This document shows positions 9,563 to 19,742 of a stretch of DNA of 50,581 bases, in pieces. The stretch is taken from assembly GCA_012513815.1 (NCBI GenBank), contig JAAZBM010000006.1:1-50581 (forward strand). Direction: 5' to 3'. Source of the DNA: Candidatus Sumerlaeota bacterium (GTDB taxonomy: Bacteria > Sumerlaeota > Sumerlaeia > Sumerlaeales > Sumerlaeaceae). Each line of letters begins with the position of its first letter. Position 1 is the stretch's first letter. Below the pieces are notes generated by a model, which saw only the letters and a list, made by a program, of their open reading frames with translations, did no database searches and was not told the origin of the DNA. A program made the position numbers and the translations under genes.

Positions 9563-10333
9563 ATGGCAAAGCTTTGTGTAAATATTGATCATATCGCGAC
9601 GTTACGACAGGCGCGGCGTATCGATGAACCGGATCCGGTCGCGGGTGCCGTTCTGGCGGAACTGGGCGGCGCGGCGAGTATTACGTGCCATTTGCGCGAG
9701 GATCGTCGGCATATGCAGGACCATGATGTCGCGCGGCTGTTGAAGACGGTGAAGAACGGTCTGAATCTTGAGATGGCGTGTACAAACGAGATGCTTGATA
9801 TCGCGGCGGGGTTTAAGTCGTTGCGCATGGTGATGTTTGTCCCGGAGAAGCGCGAGGAGGTCACGACTGAGGGCGGACTTGATGTGGCCGGGAAGTTTGA
9901 TTCTGTGGCGGCGGGCGTCGCTCGGATGGCCGCGGCCGGCCATAAGGTGAGTTTGTTTATTGACGCGCGGCGGGCGCAGATTGACGCTGCCCGGGAGGCG
10001 GGCGCTCAGGTGGTGGAGTTGCATACGGGGCCTTACGCGAATGCGGTTGGCGATGGTGTGTGCGATGAGCTTGCGATGCTGATGGATGTTGCCGATTACG
10101 CGCAGCATTTGGGGCTGCAGGTGAACGCGGGTCATGGGTTGAATTTGCGCAATGTCGCTCCGGTCGCGGCAATCGGCGGGCTGTGCGAATTGCACATCGG
10201 ACATTCGATTATTTCGCATGCGGTGATGGTCGGGCTTGAACGCGCTGTGCGTGAGATGCGCGCTGAGATTGGCCGTGGCGAGATGCTTGCTGCCCGTGGC
10301 CTGAGTCCTCTCGATATTCTTGCGCGTTACTGA
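9563..10333 (+). CDS. pdxJ: pyridoxine 5'-phosphate synthase
   Basis: N-terminal LCVNIDHIATLRQAR and GxHxREDRRH signature of PdxJ. 256 aa. Confidence 0.9.
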   Translation: MAKLCVNIDHIATLRQARRIDEPDPVAGAVLAELGGAASITCHLREDRRHMQDHDVARLLKTVKNGLNLEMACTNEMLDIAAGFKSLRMVMFVPEKREEVTTEGGLDVAGKFDSVAAGVARMAAAGHKVSLFIDARRAQIDAAREAGAQVVELHTGPYANAVGDGVCDELAMLMDVADYAQHLGLQVNAGHGLNLRNVAPVAAIGGLCELHIGHSIISHAVMVGLERAVREMRAEIGRGEMLAARGLSPLDILARY

Positions 10334-10347
10334 GTTGTTTGTAGGGG

Positions 10348-11154
10348 TTGCGTGTGGTGACGAAAAGCGTTGATGTTTCGCGGCCGGAACGTGCTAAGCG
10401 AGCTATTCGATTGCGGCGTGTCACGCGGTTTGTGTTGATTGCCGTCGTCGTGATTGTGCTGACGTGCGGTCTCGCGCTGTTTGGCTTGCTGTGGATTAAT
10501 TACAGCATCATCCGGATGACGGACAGCTTGATGGTGACGGATGTCGCCGAGATTCGCCCGACGACGCTCGCGGTGGTGCCGGGGGCGAGGATTTATAAGG
10601 GCGGGCGGCTGTCGGCATATCTGCAGGACCGTGTGGATGCGGCGATTGAGCTGTATAACGCGGGGAAGGTCAAGAAGATTCTGATGAGTGGCGATAACAG
10701 TGACCGCTATTATGATGAGTCGTCCGCGATGCGTAATTACGCGATTGAGCATGGAGTTCCGGAGGATGATGTGTTGCGCGATTTCGCGGGGCTGCGCACG
10801 CTGGATACCGTTTGGCGGACGCGTGATATCTGGGGGCAGTCAGACTTTGTGATTGTCACGCAGCGTTTTCATTTGCCGCGTGCGTTGTATCTTGCGCGGG
10901 CGCTGGATATCGATGTTCAGGGTTATGTTTGCGACCGGCGCGATTATATGCAATCGGTGGCGGCGCGGCTGGCGACGCGGGAATTTTTCGCGCGTATCGC
11001 GGCGTGGTGTGATATCAATATTCTGCGGACGCGGCCGCGGCATCTGGGCGAGCGGGAATCGCTGTCGGGTGTGGAGCAGGATTTGAAGGTGAAGGATCAG
11101 CGGAAAGAGATTTGGCAGCGCGAGAAGTTTCTGCGCAATAATGGCAAGATTTAG
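10348..11154 (+). CDS. sanA: SanA/YdcF (DUF218) family envelope protein
   Basis: N-terminal TM helix then DUF218-like core (LAVVPGARIYKGGRLSAYLQDRVDAAIELYNAGKVKKILMSGDN). TTG/GTG start. Confidence 0.7.
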   Translation: MRVVTKSVDVSRPERAKRAIRLRRVTRFVLIAVVVIVLTCGLALFGLLWINYSIIRMTDSLMVTDVAEIRPTTLAVVPGARIYKGGRLSAYLQDRVDAAIELYNAGKVKKILMSGDNSDRYYDESSAMRNYAIEHGVPEDDVLRDFAGLRTLDTVWRTRDIWGQSDFVIVTQRFHLPRALYLARALDIDVQGYVCDRRDYMQSVAARLATREFFARIAAWCDINILRTRPRHLGERESLSGVEQDLKVKDQRKEIWQREKFLRNNGKI

Positions 11155-11343
11155 TTTTCCTGTACAGCCCCGGGATAACTACTTCTCTTGTTTCTTGGTC
11201 GAGGTCGCTGATAATCTCAATACTTTTGTTTTTCTATGACAGTGTTGAAGATATTAATGGCTTTTTGTAAGCTTTTGATATCAATTGATGATTTTCATAG
11301 ACATTATTTCATTTATTACTAAGGAAAAGTTTACGCAATCTTT

Positions 11344-12120
11344 TTATTTATCGTCTTCGGGTCTGCTGAGGATAATGGGTCCTTCGTCGGTGATTGCGAC
11401 AGTGTGTTCCATGTGCGCTGAGAGACTTCCGTCGGCGGTGATGGTGGTCCATCCGTCGTCGAGGATTTTGATTCTCCATGAACCGAGGTTGATCATCGGC
11501 TCGATTGCGATGACCATTCCGGCCTTGAGCATCATTCCTGTGCCGGGCGTTCCGTAGTTCGGGAGTTGTGGCGGCTCGTGCATGTTCTTGCCGATTCCGT
11601 GGCCGCACATGTCGCGGACGACGCCGTATCCGTGTGCTTCGGCGAGTTGTTGGATGGCGGCACCGACGTCGCCCAAACGAGCGCCGACGACCATGTGGTC
11701 GATGCCTCTGTAGAGGCAGTCGGTGGTCACTTTGATGAGGTCTTTAGCTTTGTCGGTGATGTTGCCAACGCCGACGGTTTTGGCGTGGTCGCTTTGCCAT
11801 CCGTCGAGGATGAGGCCGCTATCGATGGAAAGGATTTCGCCGTCTTGGAGTTCGCGATCGCAGGGGATTCCGTGCACCACTTCGTCGTCAACGGATGTGC
11901 ATAATGTCGCGGGGAAACCGTGATAGTTGAGGAATGACGGTTTTGCTCCGTTCGCGATGATCATGTCGTAGGCGATTTTGTCCAGTTGTTTGGTCGTTAC
12001 GCCGGGTTTGACAGCCTTGATGACTGTTTCCATAACCTTGCTGAGAAGAATGCCTGCTTTGCGCATTTTAGCGATTTCTTCGGGCGTTTTGATTGTGACT
12101 CTGTTCATGTTGTGGTGCAT
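11344..12120 (-). CDS. map: type I methionine aminopeptidase
   Basis: Full-length MetAP motifs (HGIP, metal-binding D/D/H/E/E residues). 258 aa. Confidence 0.9.
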   Translation of the reverse strand: MHHNMNRVTIKTPEEIAKMRKAGILLSKVMETVIKAVKPGVTTKQLDKIAYDMIIANGAKPSFLNYHGFPATLCTSVDDEVVHGIPCDRELQDGEILSIDSGLILDGWQSDHAKTVGVGNITDKAKDLIKVTTDCLYRGIDHMVVGARLGDVGAAIQQLAEAHGYGVVRDMCGHGIGKNMHEPPQLPNYGTPGTGMMLKAGMVIAIEPMINLGSWRIKILDDGWTTITADGSLSAHMEHTVAITDEGPIILSRPEDDK

Positions 12121-12159
12121 AATATGTGTAATCTCTTGTGTTGTGTTTCTTTGTTTTTC

Positions 12160-12205
12160 ATAAATAAAAAGAAGGGTCTACACTCTTTTGGCGAAGTGCA
12201 GACCC
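12160..12205 (-). terminator. rho-independent terminator (hairpin flanked by A/T runs) between secY and map
   Basis: GGGTCTACAC-12nt-GTGCAGACCC stem (one mismatch). Flanked by an A-run on plus (T-run on minus) and a T-rich tract on plus, so possibly bidirectional. Confidence 0.5.
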
Positions 12206-12225
12206 TTTGTTGAAATCGTTTTGGT

Positions 12226-13698
12226 TTATCGCCAAGTTGCCCCGACTCGTTTTTGTGCGAAGCCGTCGTAGTGGCGCATCATGAGTTGTGCCTCAATCTG
12301 TCTGAGGGTGTCGAGCAAGACGCCGACAACGATGATGAGTCCGGTTCCGCCGACGAATGACATTCCGGAGAATGGCATTCTGAAGCTGACCATCATAATC
12401 ATGGAGAGGACAGCGATGCAAACAAGGAAGACAGCACCGACGGTCGAAATGCGTGTCAAGACGTAGTCGATGTATTCGCTGGTGGGCTTGCCGGGTCTCT
12501 TACCGGGAATGTATGAGCCGCTTCTCTTGAGGTTGTTCGCGACATCGTCCGGGTTGAAAACGACGGATGTGTAGAAGAAGCAGAAGAAGCCGGTGAGGAG
12601 CGCGAAGACGATGATGTGGAAGTTCAGGCTCTTGAGCAGCAGGAAGATTCCGCCCTGCTCGAGTCCGAAGACGCGCTGGCAGAAGGCGTAAACGTTGTAG
12701 CTTGATTCGGTGGCTACGAGGTCACCAAGCCATCCGCCGTTCTGGCTGCTACCGAAAACGTAGGCAGCAAGGAAGGAGGGGAAGCTGAGCAACGCGGAGC
12801 TGAAGATGACGGGGATAACGCCTGCTGTGTTGATTTTGAGCGGCAGGTAGCTTGTTCCGCCACCCATGACTTTGCGGCCAACCATTCTCTTGGCGTGCTG
12901 AATCGGGATGCGACGTGTGCCTTCTTGGACGAGGGCAATCGCGATAACGGACAGTACGAAGAGTACGATGATGACGGGAAGCCAAATCATTGGGACGGCG
13001 TCTGCGAAAATCTGGTTGCAAAGTGAGGAGAAATCGCCGGGGTATCTTGCCATAATGCCGACTGCGATGATGAGCGAGATTCCGTTGCCGATGCCTTTGT
13101 CAGTGATGCGCTCGCCGAGCCACATGATGAATGTACATCCGGCGGTCATTGTCACGACTGTCGTGAAGAGGAAGAGCGAGGCAAGTGACGCGGTGTTCAT
13201 GTAGGTTAAGTTCTGGTTCATGAGGTAGATACCGAGTCCGAAACCTTGGAATGCCGCAAGCGCGACGGTGCCCATACGTGTCCATCTGTTAATCTTGGCT
13301 TGTCCGAGTGACCCTTCGCGTTGCAGCTTTTGGAGTCTTGGGATGACGACGCCGAGGACTTGTAGGATAATGCTCACGCTGATGTATGGCATGATTCCGA
13401 GCGCGAAGACGCTCATCTGTTCAAAGTTACGTCCGCTGAACAAGCTGATTGTCTGGAAGAGTCCGCTGGCGGCTTTCTGTGTTTCAGCGAATTTACTCAG
13501 TTCTGCTCTGTCGATAAAGGGGACAGGGATGTGTGTTCCTAAACGATAGATGACTAAAATCATCAATGTGAAGAAAACTTTTTGTTTGAGTTCTTTGATT
13601 TTGAACAGGTTCTTCAGAGCACTTATATTTCTAATCACTTTGTATTTACCTTGCCAATAAGAGAGCGTCGTAATCGCTCCATGTTTAGTATAGCGCAT
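12226..13698 (-). CDS. secY: preprotein translocase subunit SecY
   Basis: 10-TM SecY with characteristic motifs (GIMPYISVSIILQ, IPLKINTAGVIPVIF). Start possibly at an internal GTG (VIRNISALKNL), which would give a more typical length. Confidence 0.9.
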   Translation of the reverse strand: MRYTKHGAITTLSYWQGKYKVIRNISALKNLFKIKELKQKVFFTLMILVIYRLGTHIPVPFIDRAELSKFAETQKAASGLFQTISLFSGRNFEQMSVFALGIMPYISVSIILQVLGVVIPRLQKLQREGSLGQAKINRWTRMGTVALAAFQGFGLGIYLMNQNLTYMNTASLASLFLFTTVVTMTAGCTFIMWLGERITDKGIGNGISLIIAVGIMARYPGDFSSLCNQIFADAVPMIWLPVIIVLFVLSVIAIALVQEGTRRIPIQHAKRMVGRKVMGGGTSYLPLKINTAGVIPVIFSSALLSFPSFLAAYVFGSSQNGGWLGDLVATESSYNVYAFCQRVFGLEQGGIFLLLKSLNFHIIVFALLTGFFCFFYTSVVFNPDDVANNLKRSGSYIPGKRPGKPTSEYIDYVLTRISTVGAVFLVCIAVLSMIMMVSFRMPFSGMSFVGGTGLIIVVGVLLDTLRQIEAQLMMRHYDGFAQKRVGATWR

Positions 13699-13771
13699 AA
13701 GATTCCCGGGACGGATATTTGTCTCGTCCCGTGAATCTTATACTTCAATTACATATTAAGTACGGTTGTCA

Positions 13772-14221
13772 TTATTTCAGGATTTCTACGGTTCCGCCGG
13801 CTGCTTCGATAGCAGCTTTTGCGGAAGCACTGAAAGCATTTGCCTTTACGGTGATTGCCTTCGTGATTTCTCCGGTTCCCAAAATCTTGATTTTTGTTGC
13901 TTTAGCGCGAACTTTACCGACGGCGACAAGAGCACTCTTGTCTACGACTGTACCGGCATCGAATCTGTCGAGGATTTCGAGGTTGATGAGGTCAACTCTC
14001 TCGCGGTTGATGTTTTTGAATCCTCTCTTTGGCAGTCTCCGTTGCAGTGGCATCTGTCCACCTTCGAAGACTCCTCCGTATCCTTTACCTCTTCCGCTGC
14101 GCTGTTGCGAACCTTTGTTACCATGACCCGATTGTCTTCCTAATCCGCTTCCTTCGCCTCGTCCTAAGCGTTTGCGTTTTTGGAGTCTTCCCGGATCTTT
14201 ACCAAGCTCATGGATTTTCAT
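13772..14221 (-). CDS. rplO: 50S ribosomal protein L15
   Basis: KRLGRGEGSGLGRQSGHGNKGSQQRSG glycine-rich L15 signature. Confidence 0.9.
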   Translation of the reverse strand: MKIHELGKDPGRLQKRKRLGRGEGSGLGRQSGHGNKGSQQRSGRGKGYGGVFEGGQMPLQRRLPKRGFKNINRERVDLINLEILDRFDAGTVVDKSALVAVGKVRAKATKIKILGTGEITKAITVKANAFSASAKAAIEAAGGTVEILK

Positions 14222-14288
14222 GTTATTTTACCTAATTAATTCTCTTTGTTATATTTGTGTCTCGATTTGAGACTCTACCGGGTTGGAT

Positions 14289-14474
14289 TTATTCGTCGAT
14301 CTTTTCGATCTTGCAAAGATATCCGACCTGGTCAAGCATACCTTTAATCTGTGGTGTCATTTCGTGAATTTTGACTTGATTGAGGTGCGTGAAACCAAGA
14401 GCGCGCAGTGTGCGGCGGTGTTTTTCGACGCGGTTAATCAAGCTTCGAACCCATGTGACTTTGACTTTAGCCAT
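14289..14474 (-). CDS. rpmD: 50S ribosomal protein L30
   Basis: 61 aa, MAKVKVTWVRSLINRVEKHRRTLRALG, typical L30. Confidence 0.9.
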   Translation of the reverse strand: MAKVKVTWVRSLINRVEKHRRTLRALGFTHLNQVKIHEMTPQIKGMLDQVGYLCKIEKIDE

Positions 14475-14492
14475 TCTATATTCTCGGCTCCT

Positions 14493-15188
14493 TTACTGGT
14501 TACTCGCGTTTTTGCGGGCTTTAGTCGGATAGATATCTTCGACTTGTTTGCCTCTGAGGCGAGCGATTTCTTCTGGTTTCTGGACAGCAGCCAATCCGGC
14601 CATTGTTGCGCGAACGACGTTAATCTGGTTTGGTGATCCGAGTGACTTTGTCAGGATGTCTTTGACTCCGGCCATTTGCAGTACCGCACGCACGGCTGGT
14701 CCGGCGATGATACCGGTACCTTCGGATGCGGGTTTGAGGAGGACGCGCGCAGACCCGAACTCACCGACGACTGTGTGCGGGATTGTTCTTTTGTCTTTGA
14801 GTGCTACGCGGATGAGCGATTTTTTGCCGTCCTGTGTTGCTTTGGCGATAGCTTCGGGGACTTCCTTTGCTTTGCCGAATCCTACTCCGACATGTCCATC
14901 TCCGTCTCCGACGACCATAAGTGCTGCGAAGCTGAAGCGTCGTCCACCTTTGACGACTTTGGCTGTGCGGTTAAGCGCGACCATCTCTTCCTTAAGGTCG
15001 AGGTTTCTATAATCGATACGGTCATCCTGCATCAGGGTGGCGATATCCAGTGGTGTTTCGTTCTCTTCCTCTGCACCGGACTCTACGTCCTCTGATGCTT
15101 GAGCAAGAGGTGCCGAGTCTGCTTTAGCTTCTTCGGCCACAGCGTCAACTAATTCGTTTTCGACTGTCAGGTCTTTGTTCTCTTCCAT
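14493..15188 (-). CDS. rpsE: 30S ribosomal protein S5 (with ~65-aa acidic N-terminal extension)
   Basis: Core S5 motifs ([38 protein letters not shown]). Preceded by a D/E-rich N-terminal tail. Confidence 0.9.
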   Translation of the reverse strand: MEENKDLTVENELVDAVAEEAKADSAPLAQASEDVESGAEEENETPLDIATLMQDDRIDYRNLDLKEEMVALNRTAKVVKGGRRFSFAALMVVGDGDGHVGVGFGKAKEVPEAIAKATQDGKKSLIRVALKDKRTIPHTVVGEFGSARVLLKPASEGTGIIAGPAVRAVLQMAGVKDILTKSLGSPNQINVVRATMAGLAAVQKPEEIARLRGKQVEDIYPTKARKNASNQ

Positions 15189-15230
15189 ACCTGTTTCTCT
15201 CTTTCCTTGCGATTTAAAAATGGCGCTCGA

Positions 15231-15596
15231 CTAGAATTCTAAGCCGCCCTTGCGGGCTGCCTCTGCGAGAGCTTTGATGACACCGTGGTAGGTTCTGCCT
15301 GCACGGTCAAATACGACCTTTGAGACTCCGGCTTTTTTCCCGGCTGCAGCAATCGCGATGCCGATGGCTTCGGCGTTCTTGATGTTTGCAAAGGATTTAG
15401 CTGTTTCTTTATTGGCCTTTGTGTTGGTTGTGGCGAAAGCGAGTGTTTTACCGGCTTTGTCGTCAACGATTTGAGCATAGATGTGTTTACCGGTTTTGCA
15501 AACAGTAAGTCTGGGACGCTCGGGAGTTCCCGAAATCCGATTACGGATATGCATCTTTCGACGCTCGAATATTTTATTTTTGGCATGAATTTGCAT
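15231..15596 (-). CDS. rplR: 50S ribosomal protein L18
   Basis: RPRLTVCKTGKHIYAQIVDD...RAGRTYHGVIKALAEAARKGGLEF, typical L18. Confidence 0.9.
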   Translation of the reverse strand: MQIHAKNKIFERRKMHIRNRISGTPERPRLTVCKTGKHIYAQIVDDKAGKTLAFATTNTKANKETAKSFANIKNAEAIGIAIAAAGKKAGVSKVVFDRAGRTYHGVIKALAEAARKGGLEF

Positions 15597-15608
15597 AGTT
15601 TTATCCTC

Positions 15609-16148
15609 TTACTTACCGGCCTTCTTGCCTTCTTTACGGCGAACTTGTTCACCCGTGTATCGGATACCTTTGCCTTTGTATGGCTCAGGTGGGCGGAGTC
15701 CGCGAATTTTGGCGGCCATTTCGCCGACGAGTTGTTTGTCGCAACCGCTGACGATAATTGTGTTTGCCTTTGGGACTTCGTATTTGATACCGGCTGGTGG
15801 TTCAAGTTCGATTGGATGGCTGAATCCGAGTTTAAGGGAGAGTTTGTTACCGGCTGCTGTGACGGTGTATCCAACTCCCTGTACTTCGAGCTCTTTTGAG
15901 AACCCTTTGCTGACACCTTGTACCATGTTAGCGATGAGTCTCTGTGTGAGTCCGTGGTATGCTCTTGATTGTTTGTCGTCTGCGGAGCGTGTGACGTGCA
16001 CTGCGTTATCTTGGACGGTGACGTTCATTCTGCTGGGGTATACCCATTTGAGTTCGCCTTTAGGTCCTTTGACTGCGATTTCGTTTTGCGCGACGGTGAC
16101 GTTAACACCTTGCGGGATGACTACTGGAACTTTTCCAATTCTACTCAT
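15609..16148 (-). CDS. rplF: 50S ribosomal protein L6
   Basis: MSRIGKVPVVIPQGVNVTV...GYTHPIELEP-type L6 repeats. Confidence 0.9.
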   Translation of the reverse strand: MSRIGKVPVVIPQGVNVTVAQNEIAVKGPKGELKWVYPSRMNVTVQDNAVHVTRSADDKQSRAYHGLTQRLIANMVQGVSKGFSKELEVQGVGYTVTAAGNKLSLKLGFSHPIELEPPAGIKYEVPKANTIIVSGCDKQLVGEMAAKIRGLRPPEPYKGKGIRYTGEQVRRKEGKKAGK

Positions 16149-16173
16149 TATTCTCTATTTTCCCTTCTTCCGC

Positions 16174-16575
16174 TTACCAAACCACGCATAGCACTTCGCC
16201 ACCGATTCCGGTGCGACGGCATTGAGCGTCGGTCATAAGACCGCGGCTTGTAGAGATGATTGCGATGCCCAGTCCTCCGAGTACCTTTGGGACGTTGTCG
16301 ACATCAGTGTATCTACGGATGCCCGGTCTTGAGACTCTCTGGATGTCATGGATGACCTTTTCGCGATTTTGTCCGTATTTTAAGAAGACTCTGATAGGTG
16401 CTTTCTTGCGGCCTTTGGCGGTCCAGAAGCAATCCTTGATGTATCCTTCTTCGCGCAAAACCTTAGCGATTTCGTGGTTCAAGTGTGAATAGGGGATCTC
16501 GACAGAATCCTTATTAGCGGCGTTAGCGTTTCTGATACGTGTGAGCATATCTGCGACTGTATCTGTTACATTCAT
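16174..16575 (-). CDS. rpsH: 30S ribosomal protein S8
   Basis: DTVADMLTRIRNANAANKDSVEIP...GGEVLCVVW, typical S8. Confidence 0.9.
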   Translation of the reverse strand: MNVTDTVADMLTRIRNANAANKDSVEIPYSHLNHEIAKVLREEGYIKDCFWTAKGRKKAPIRVFLKYGQNREKVIHDIQRVSRPGIRRYTDVDNVPKVLGGLGIAIISTSRGLMTDAQCRRTGIGGEVLCVVW

Positions 16576-16599
16576 TGTTTAGTTTGACTCCTTTCCCGA

Positions 16600-16785
16600 T
16601 TACCACGAGGCCTTTGTTACGCCCGGGATTTGGCCTTTGCTGGCCAAGTCACGGAAGCATATCCGGCATAATTGAAAATCGCGCAAGTAACCGCGACTGC
16701 GACCACAAATCTTGCAGCGATTGCGTTTTCGCGTCGAGAACTTTGGTGTTTGATTGGCCTTAAATTCTTTGGCAACAGTGCTCAT
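16600..16785 (-). CDS. rpsZ: 30S ribosomal protein S14, zinc-binding type Z
   Basis: 61 aa with [20 protein letters not shown] four-Cys motif. Confidence 0.9.
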   Translation of the reverse strand: MSTVAKEFKANQTPKFSTRKRNRCKICGRSRGYLRDFQLCRICFRDLASKGQIPGVTKASW

Positions 16786-16796
16786 TTGTTCTCTCC

Positions 16797-17495
16797 TTAT
16801 TTCTCACGGATGGGATAACCCATCAGTTTAAGTAATACGCGAGCCTCTTCGTCGGTTTTCGCGCTGGTAACGGTGGTAATATTAAGACCTCTGACAGATT
16901 GAACCTTGTTGAAGTCGAGTTCGAGGAATATCATGTGTTCACGGATTCCCATCGAGTGGTTTCCTCGTCCGTCGAAGCTTTTGTATGGGAGTCCACGAAA
17001 GTCTCTGATACGGGGAATAGCGATTTTTGTGAGTCGTTCGATGAATTCGTACATGCGGTTTCCACGCAGTGTGACGAAACATCCGACGCTCATTCCTTCG
17101 CGAAGTTTGAATGCACTGATGCTTTTGCTCGCCTTTGTGATGCGTGCTTTTTGCCCAGTGATTTGTGTTAATTCGGCAGCAGCGCTGTCGATGAGTTTAG
17201 CGTCGCGTGCGGCTTCGCCCACACCCATGTTCACGACGATTTTTTCAATCTTAGGAACTTGGTTGACGTTCTTGTATTGGAAACGTTCTTGCATCTTAGC
17301 GATAATCTCGTCGCGATATTTCTGGCGGAGATTGGGAACATATCCCGCAAACGCTTCCTTTTCTTCGGCGGTCATTTCCGCATTGACAGGCGCTTTAGCT
17401 GCGCCGGCGTCCTGCTTTTTGTCGCCTTTTTTATTTTTGGCTTGTTCTTTAGCCATGTTTTTTCTTCCTTCTCTCGCGGTCGGCAACCGCTTCAT
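16797..17495 (-). CDS. rplE: 50S ribosomal protein L5 (with Lys-rich N-terminal extension)
   Basis: L5 core ([16 protein letters not shown]...). About 40 extra N-terminal residues ([16 protein letters not shown]...). Alternative starts at 17456 or 17375. Confidence 0.9.
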   Translation of the reverse strand: MKRLPTAREGRKNMAKEQAKNKKGDKKQDAGAAKAPVNAEMTAEEKEAFAGYVPNLRQKYRDEIIAKMQERFQYKNVNQVPKIEKIVVNMGVGEAARDAKLIDSAAAELTQITGQKARITKASKSISAFKLREGMSVGCFVTLRGNRMYEFIERLTKIAIPRIRDFRGLPYKSFDGRGNHSMGIREHMIFLELDFNKVQSVRGLNITTVTSAKTDEEARVLLKLMGYPIREK

Positions 17496-17554
17496 AGGTC
17501 GCCGCCGATTTAAATTATAATGTTGTCCCGGGGAAGGCGGGACAGTTTATTAGA

Positions 17555-17869
17555 CTACAATATTGCGCCACATTTCTTGCAAAAACGGACTTTTTTTCCG
17601 TCTTCGTCGATTTTGACACCGAATCGGACCCCTCTTTTGCATTTTTCGCAGTAGAGCGAAAGGTTAGAGATTGCGATTGGTGCTTCTTTTTCGACAATAC
17701 CGCCGCCTTGTTGATTGCGTTGTTGTTTTGTGTGACGCTTTACAACGTTTACGCCTTCAACAATTGCTTTTCCTTTATCGGTATGAACAAACAAAACTCG
17801 GCCTGTTTGACCTTTGAATTTACCGGTCGTCACTTGAACCTTGTCTTCACGTTTAATTCTGAGTGCCAT
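17555..17869 (-). CDS. rplX: 50S ribosomal protein L24 (zinc-ribbon, C+ form)
   Basis: KOW domain followed by CEKC...CKKC in the C-terminal tail. Confidence 0.9.
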   Translation of the reverse strand: MALRIKREDKVQVTTGKFKGQTGRVLFVHTDKGKAIVEGVNVVKRHTKQQRNQQGGGIVEKEAPIAISNLSLYCEKCKRGVRFGVKIDEDGKKVRFCKKCGAIL

Positions 17870-17883
17870 GGTAGTATTATCCT

Positions 17884-18252
17884 TTAGATGACTTCGGGTG
17901 CCAGTGAAACGATTTTCATGAAGTTGCGTTTACGCAGTTCGCGTCCCACAGCTCCGAAGATACGCGTTCCAACCGGTTCGCCTAATTTGTTGATAATGAC
18001 GGCTGCGTTGTCGTCGAATTTGACGCACGATCCGTCTTCGCGACCGACTTCTTTTGCCGTGCGCACGATAACAGCGGTGACGACGGTTCCTTTTTTGACG
18101 GTAGCTTCAGGAGTGGCTTCTCTCACGCTTGCCATGATGACATCGCCGATTCGTGCGTAGCGGCGGCGTGTGCCACCGAGCACTTTAAAGCAGCGAATTT
18201 TCTTTGCTCCCGTATTGTCTGCCACATCAAGTATGGTGTATTCCTGAATCAT
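17884..18252 (-). CDS. rplN: 50S ribosomal protein L14
   Basis: [27 protein letters not shown], typical L14. Confidence 0.9.
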   Translation of the reverse strand: MIQEYTILDVADNTGAKKIRCFKVLGGTRRRYARIGDVIMASVREATPEATVKKGTVVTAVIVRTAKEVGREDGSCVKFDDNAAVIINKLGEPVGTRIFGAVGRELRKRNFMKIVSLAPEVI

Positions 18253-18395
18253 TTCTGCGATTCCTTTGCTTTGCCTTGCCCTTTCGGGTTCGGGTAATGC
18301 ATTTGTATTTTCTTTCGTTATTTTTCTGACCGGTCTATTATGGTTGAGATAATCTCCGGTCCCCAGTTTTTGCCGTGTCTAATAGCGCGGTATAA

Positions 18396-18671
18396 TTACT
18401 TGGCTCTTTCGATAACTTCAGCAACGCGCCAGCGTTTGAGTTTGCTCAGCGGGCGTGTTTCCACGATGCGAACAGTGTCGCCTTCGTGTGCATCGTTTGT
18501 TTCGTCGTGTGCGTAGAGCTTTACGGTTCTGCGGATGTACTTTTTGTACAGTGGGTGCTTCACCAAACGCTCGACAGCGACGACGACTGTCTTATTCATT
18601 TTTTCACTGACCACACAGCCGACACGCACTTTGCGTACCTCGACGCGGGCCTGTTCCTTTGTCTCGCTCAT
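18396..18671 (-). CDS. rpsQ: 30S ribosomal protein S17
   Basis: [40 protein letters not shown], typical S17. Confidence 0.9.
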   Translation of the reverse strand: MSETKEQARVEVRKVRVGCVVSEKMNKTVVVAVERLVKHPLYKKYIRRTVKLYAHDETNDAHEGDTVRIVETRPLSKLKRWRVAEVIERAK

Positions 18672-18695
18672 TTTATGCTTAACCTTTTCTCAGGA

Positions 18696-18899
18696 TTAGG
18701 CTTTTGTGGCCTGATTTTGTTTTTCGGCGATTGCTTGCTTGATGCGAGCAATATCGCGCCGATTCGAACGGATCTCTGCGGTGTTCTTCAACTCTTTGGT
18801 TGTGTTAGAGACTCTCAGTTCGTAGCCGCGTTTTTTAGCGGCAGCTTCTTTCTCTGTGAGCTCTTCGATAGGAAGTGCTCTGAGGTCTTTACTCTTCAT
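18696..18899 (-). CDS. rpmC: 50S ribosomal protein L29
   Basis: 67 aa, [26 protein letters not shown], typical L29. Confidence 0.9.
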   Translation of the reverse strand: MKSKDLRALPIEELTEKEAAAKKRGYELRVSNTTKELKNTAEIRSNRRDIARIKQAIAEKQNQATKA

Positions 18900-19323
18900 C
18901 GGTAGCTACCTGCGTTTCTTCGCGTTTGATAAAACGCGTTTTTATTGCGAACTTGTGGATAGCCAGTGCGAGAGCGCCTTTTGCAAGGTCTTCGGTGACT
19001 CCTTCAAGCTCGAACATGATACGACCGGGTTTGACGACGGCGACCCAGAACTCTGGGCTACCTTTACCCTTACCCATACGGGTTTCTGCCGGTTTGATGG
19101 TGACAGGTTTATCCGGGAAAATACGGATCCATAATTTACCGCCACGCTTGATATGACGCGAAATGGCAACACGGGCAGCCTCGATTTGTCTGCTGGTTAC
19201 CCAGCCCGCCTCGAGTGCCTGCAAGCCATAGGAGCCATTGTTAAGCTCGCTGCCGCGATAGGCTAATCCCCGTCTACGGCCTTTTTGCTGCTTGCGATGT
19301 TTGACTCTTTTTGGTAGTAGCAT
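18889..19323 (-). CDS. rplP: 50S ribosomal protein L16
   Basis: [25 protein letters not shown]...[24 protein letters not shown], typical L16. Confidence 0.9.
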   Translation of the reverse strand: MLLPKRVKHRKQQKGRRRGLAYRGSELNNGSYGLQALEAGWVTSRQIEAARVAISRHIKRGGKLWIRIFPDKPVTIKPAETRMGKGKGSPEFWVAVVKPGRIMFELEGVTEDLAKGALALAIHKFAIKTRFIKREETQVATDEE

Positions 19324-19520
19324 CGTCGTTTATTCGCTATTCTTTCATTGATGTGTGCGCCGCTCTTCTGTCGCACTGTGTCTGTCCGGTTTAGTGGCCA
19401 GATTCTGGGTGATGTTTGTCTGCAACTTTGATGTCGACCGTTGCAAACCGGTGCAGAGATTTTGTCTTTGCATCCTTCTTTTGTGGTTTCGGCCTCTGTT
19501 ATGGGGCGTTACCGTTTTGT

Positions 19521-19742
19521 TTACTTTTTGATTTTCATGGTCATGATGACTAACAGTCCGAAGTCGACGACGCCTGTTCTGGCGTGGTATTCGACCTGTT
19601 CGAGTTGCATGGCCACAAGAACCTTATCAGGGTTGTTCCGGAGATAGTTATTGATCTTTTCTTCGAGCGAGGCTTCATCGCCTGCTGTCAGGATTGATAC
19701 AACAATTTTGTCGTCGTCATTAATATTCATGTTTTTGACCAC
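19521..19742 (-). CDS. small hypothetical protein inserted between rpsC and rplP (possible dodecin-like beta-alpha-beta-beta fold)
   Basis: 73-aa ORF in a ~590-bp non-ribosomal gap inside the S10 operon. Alternating beta/alpha pattern (KIVVSILTAGDEASLEEKINNYLRNNPDKVLVAMQLEQVEY...VVDFGLLVIMTMKI) loosely resembles dodecin-family proteins. Family assignment is unverified. Confidence 0.35.
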   Translation of the reverse strand: MVKNMNINDDDKIVVSILTAGDEASLEEKINNYLRNNPDKVLVAMQLEQVEYHARTGVVDFGLLVIMTMKIKK

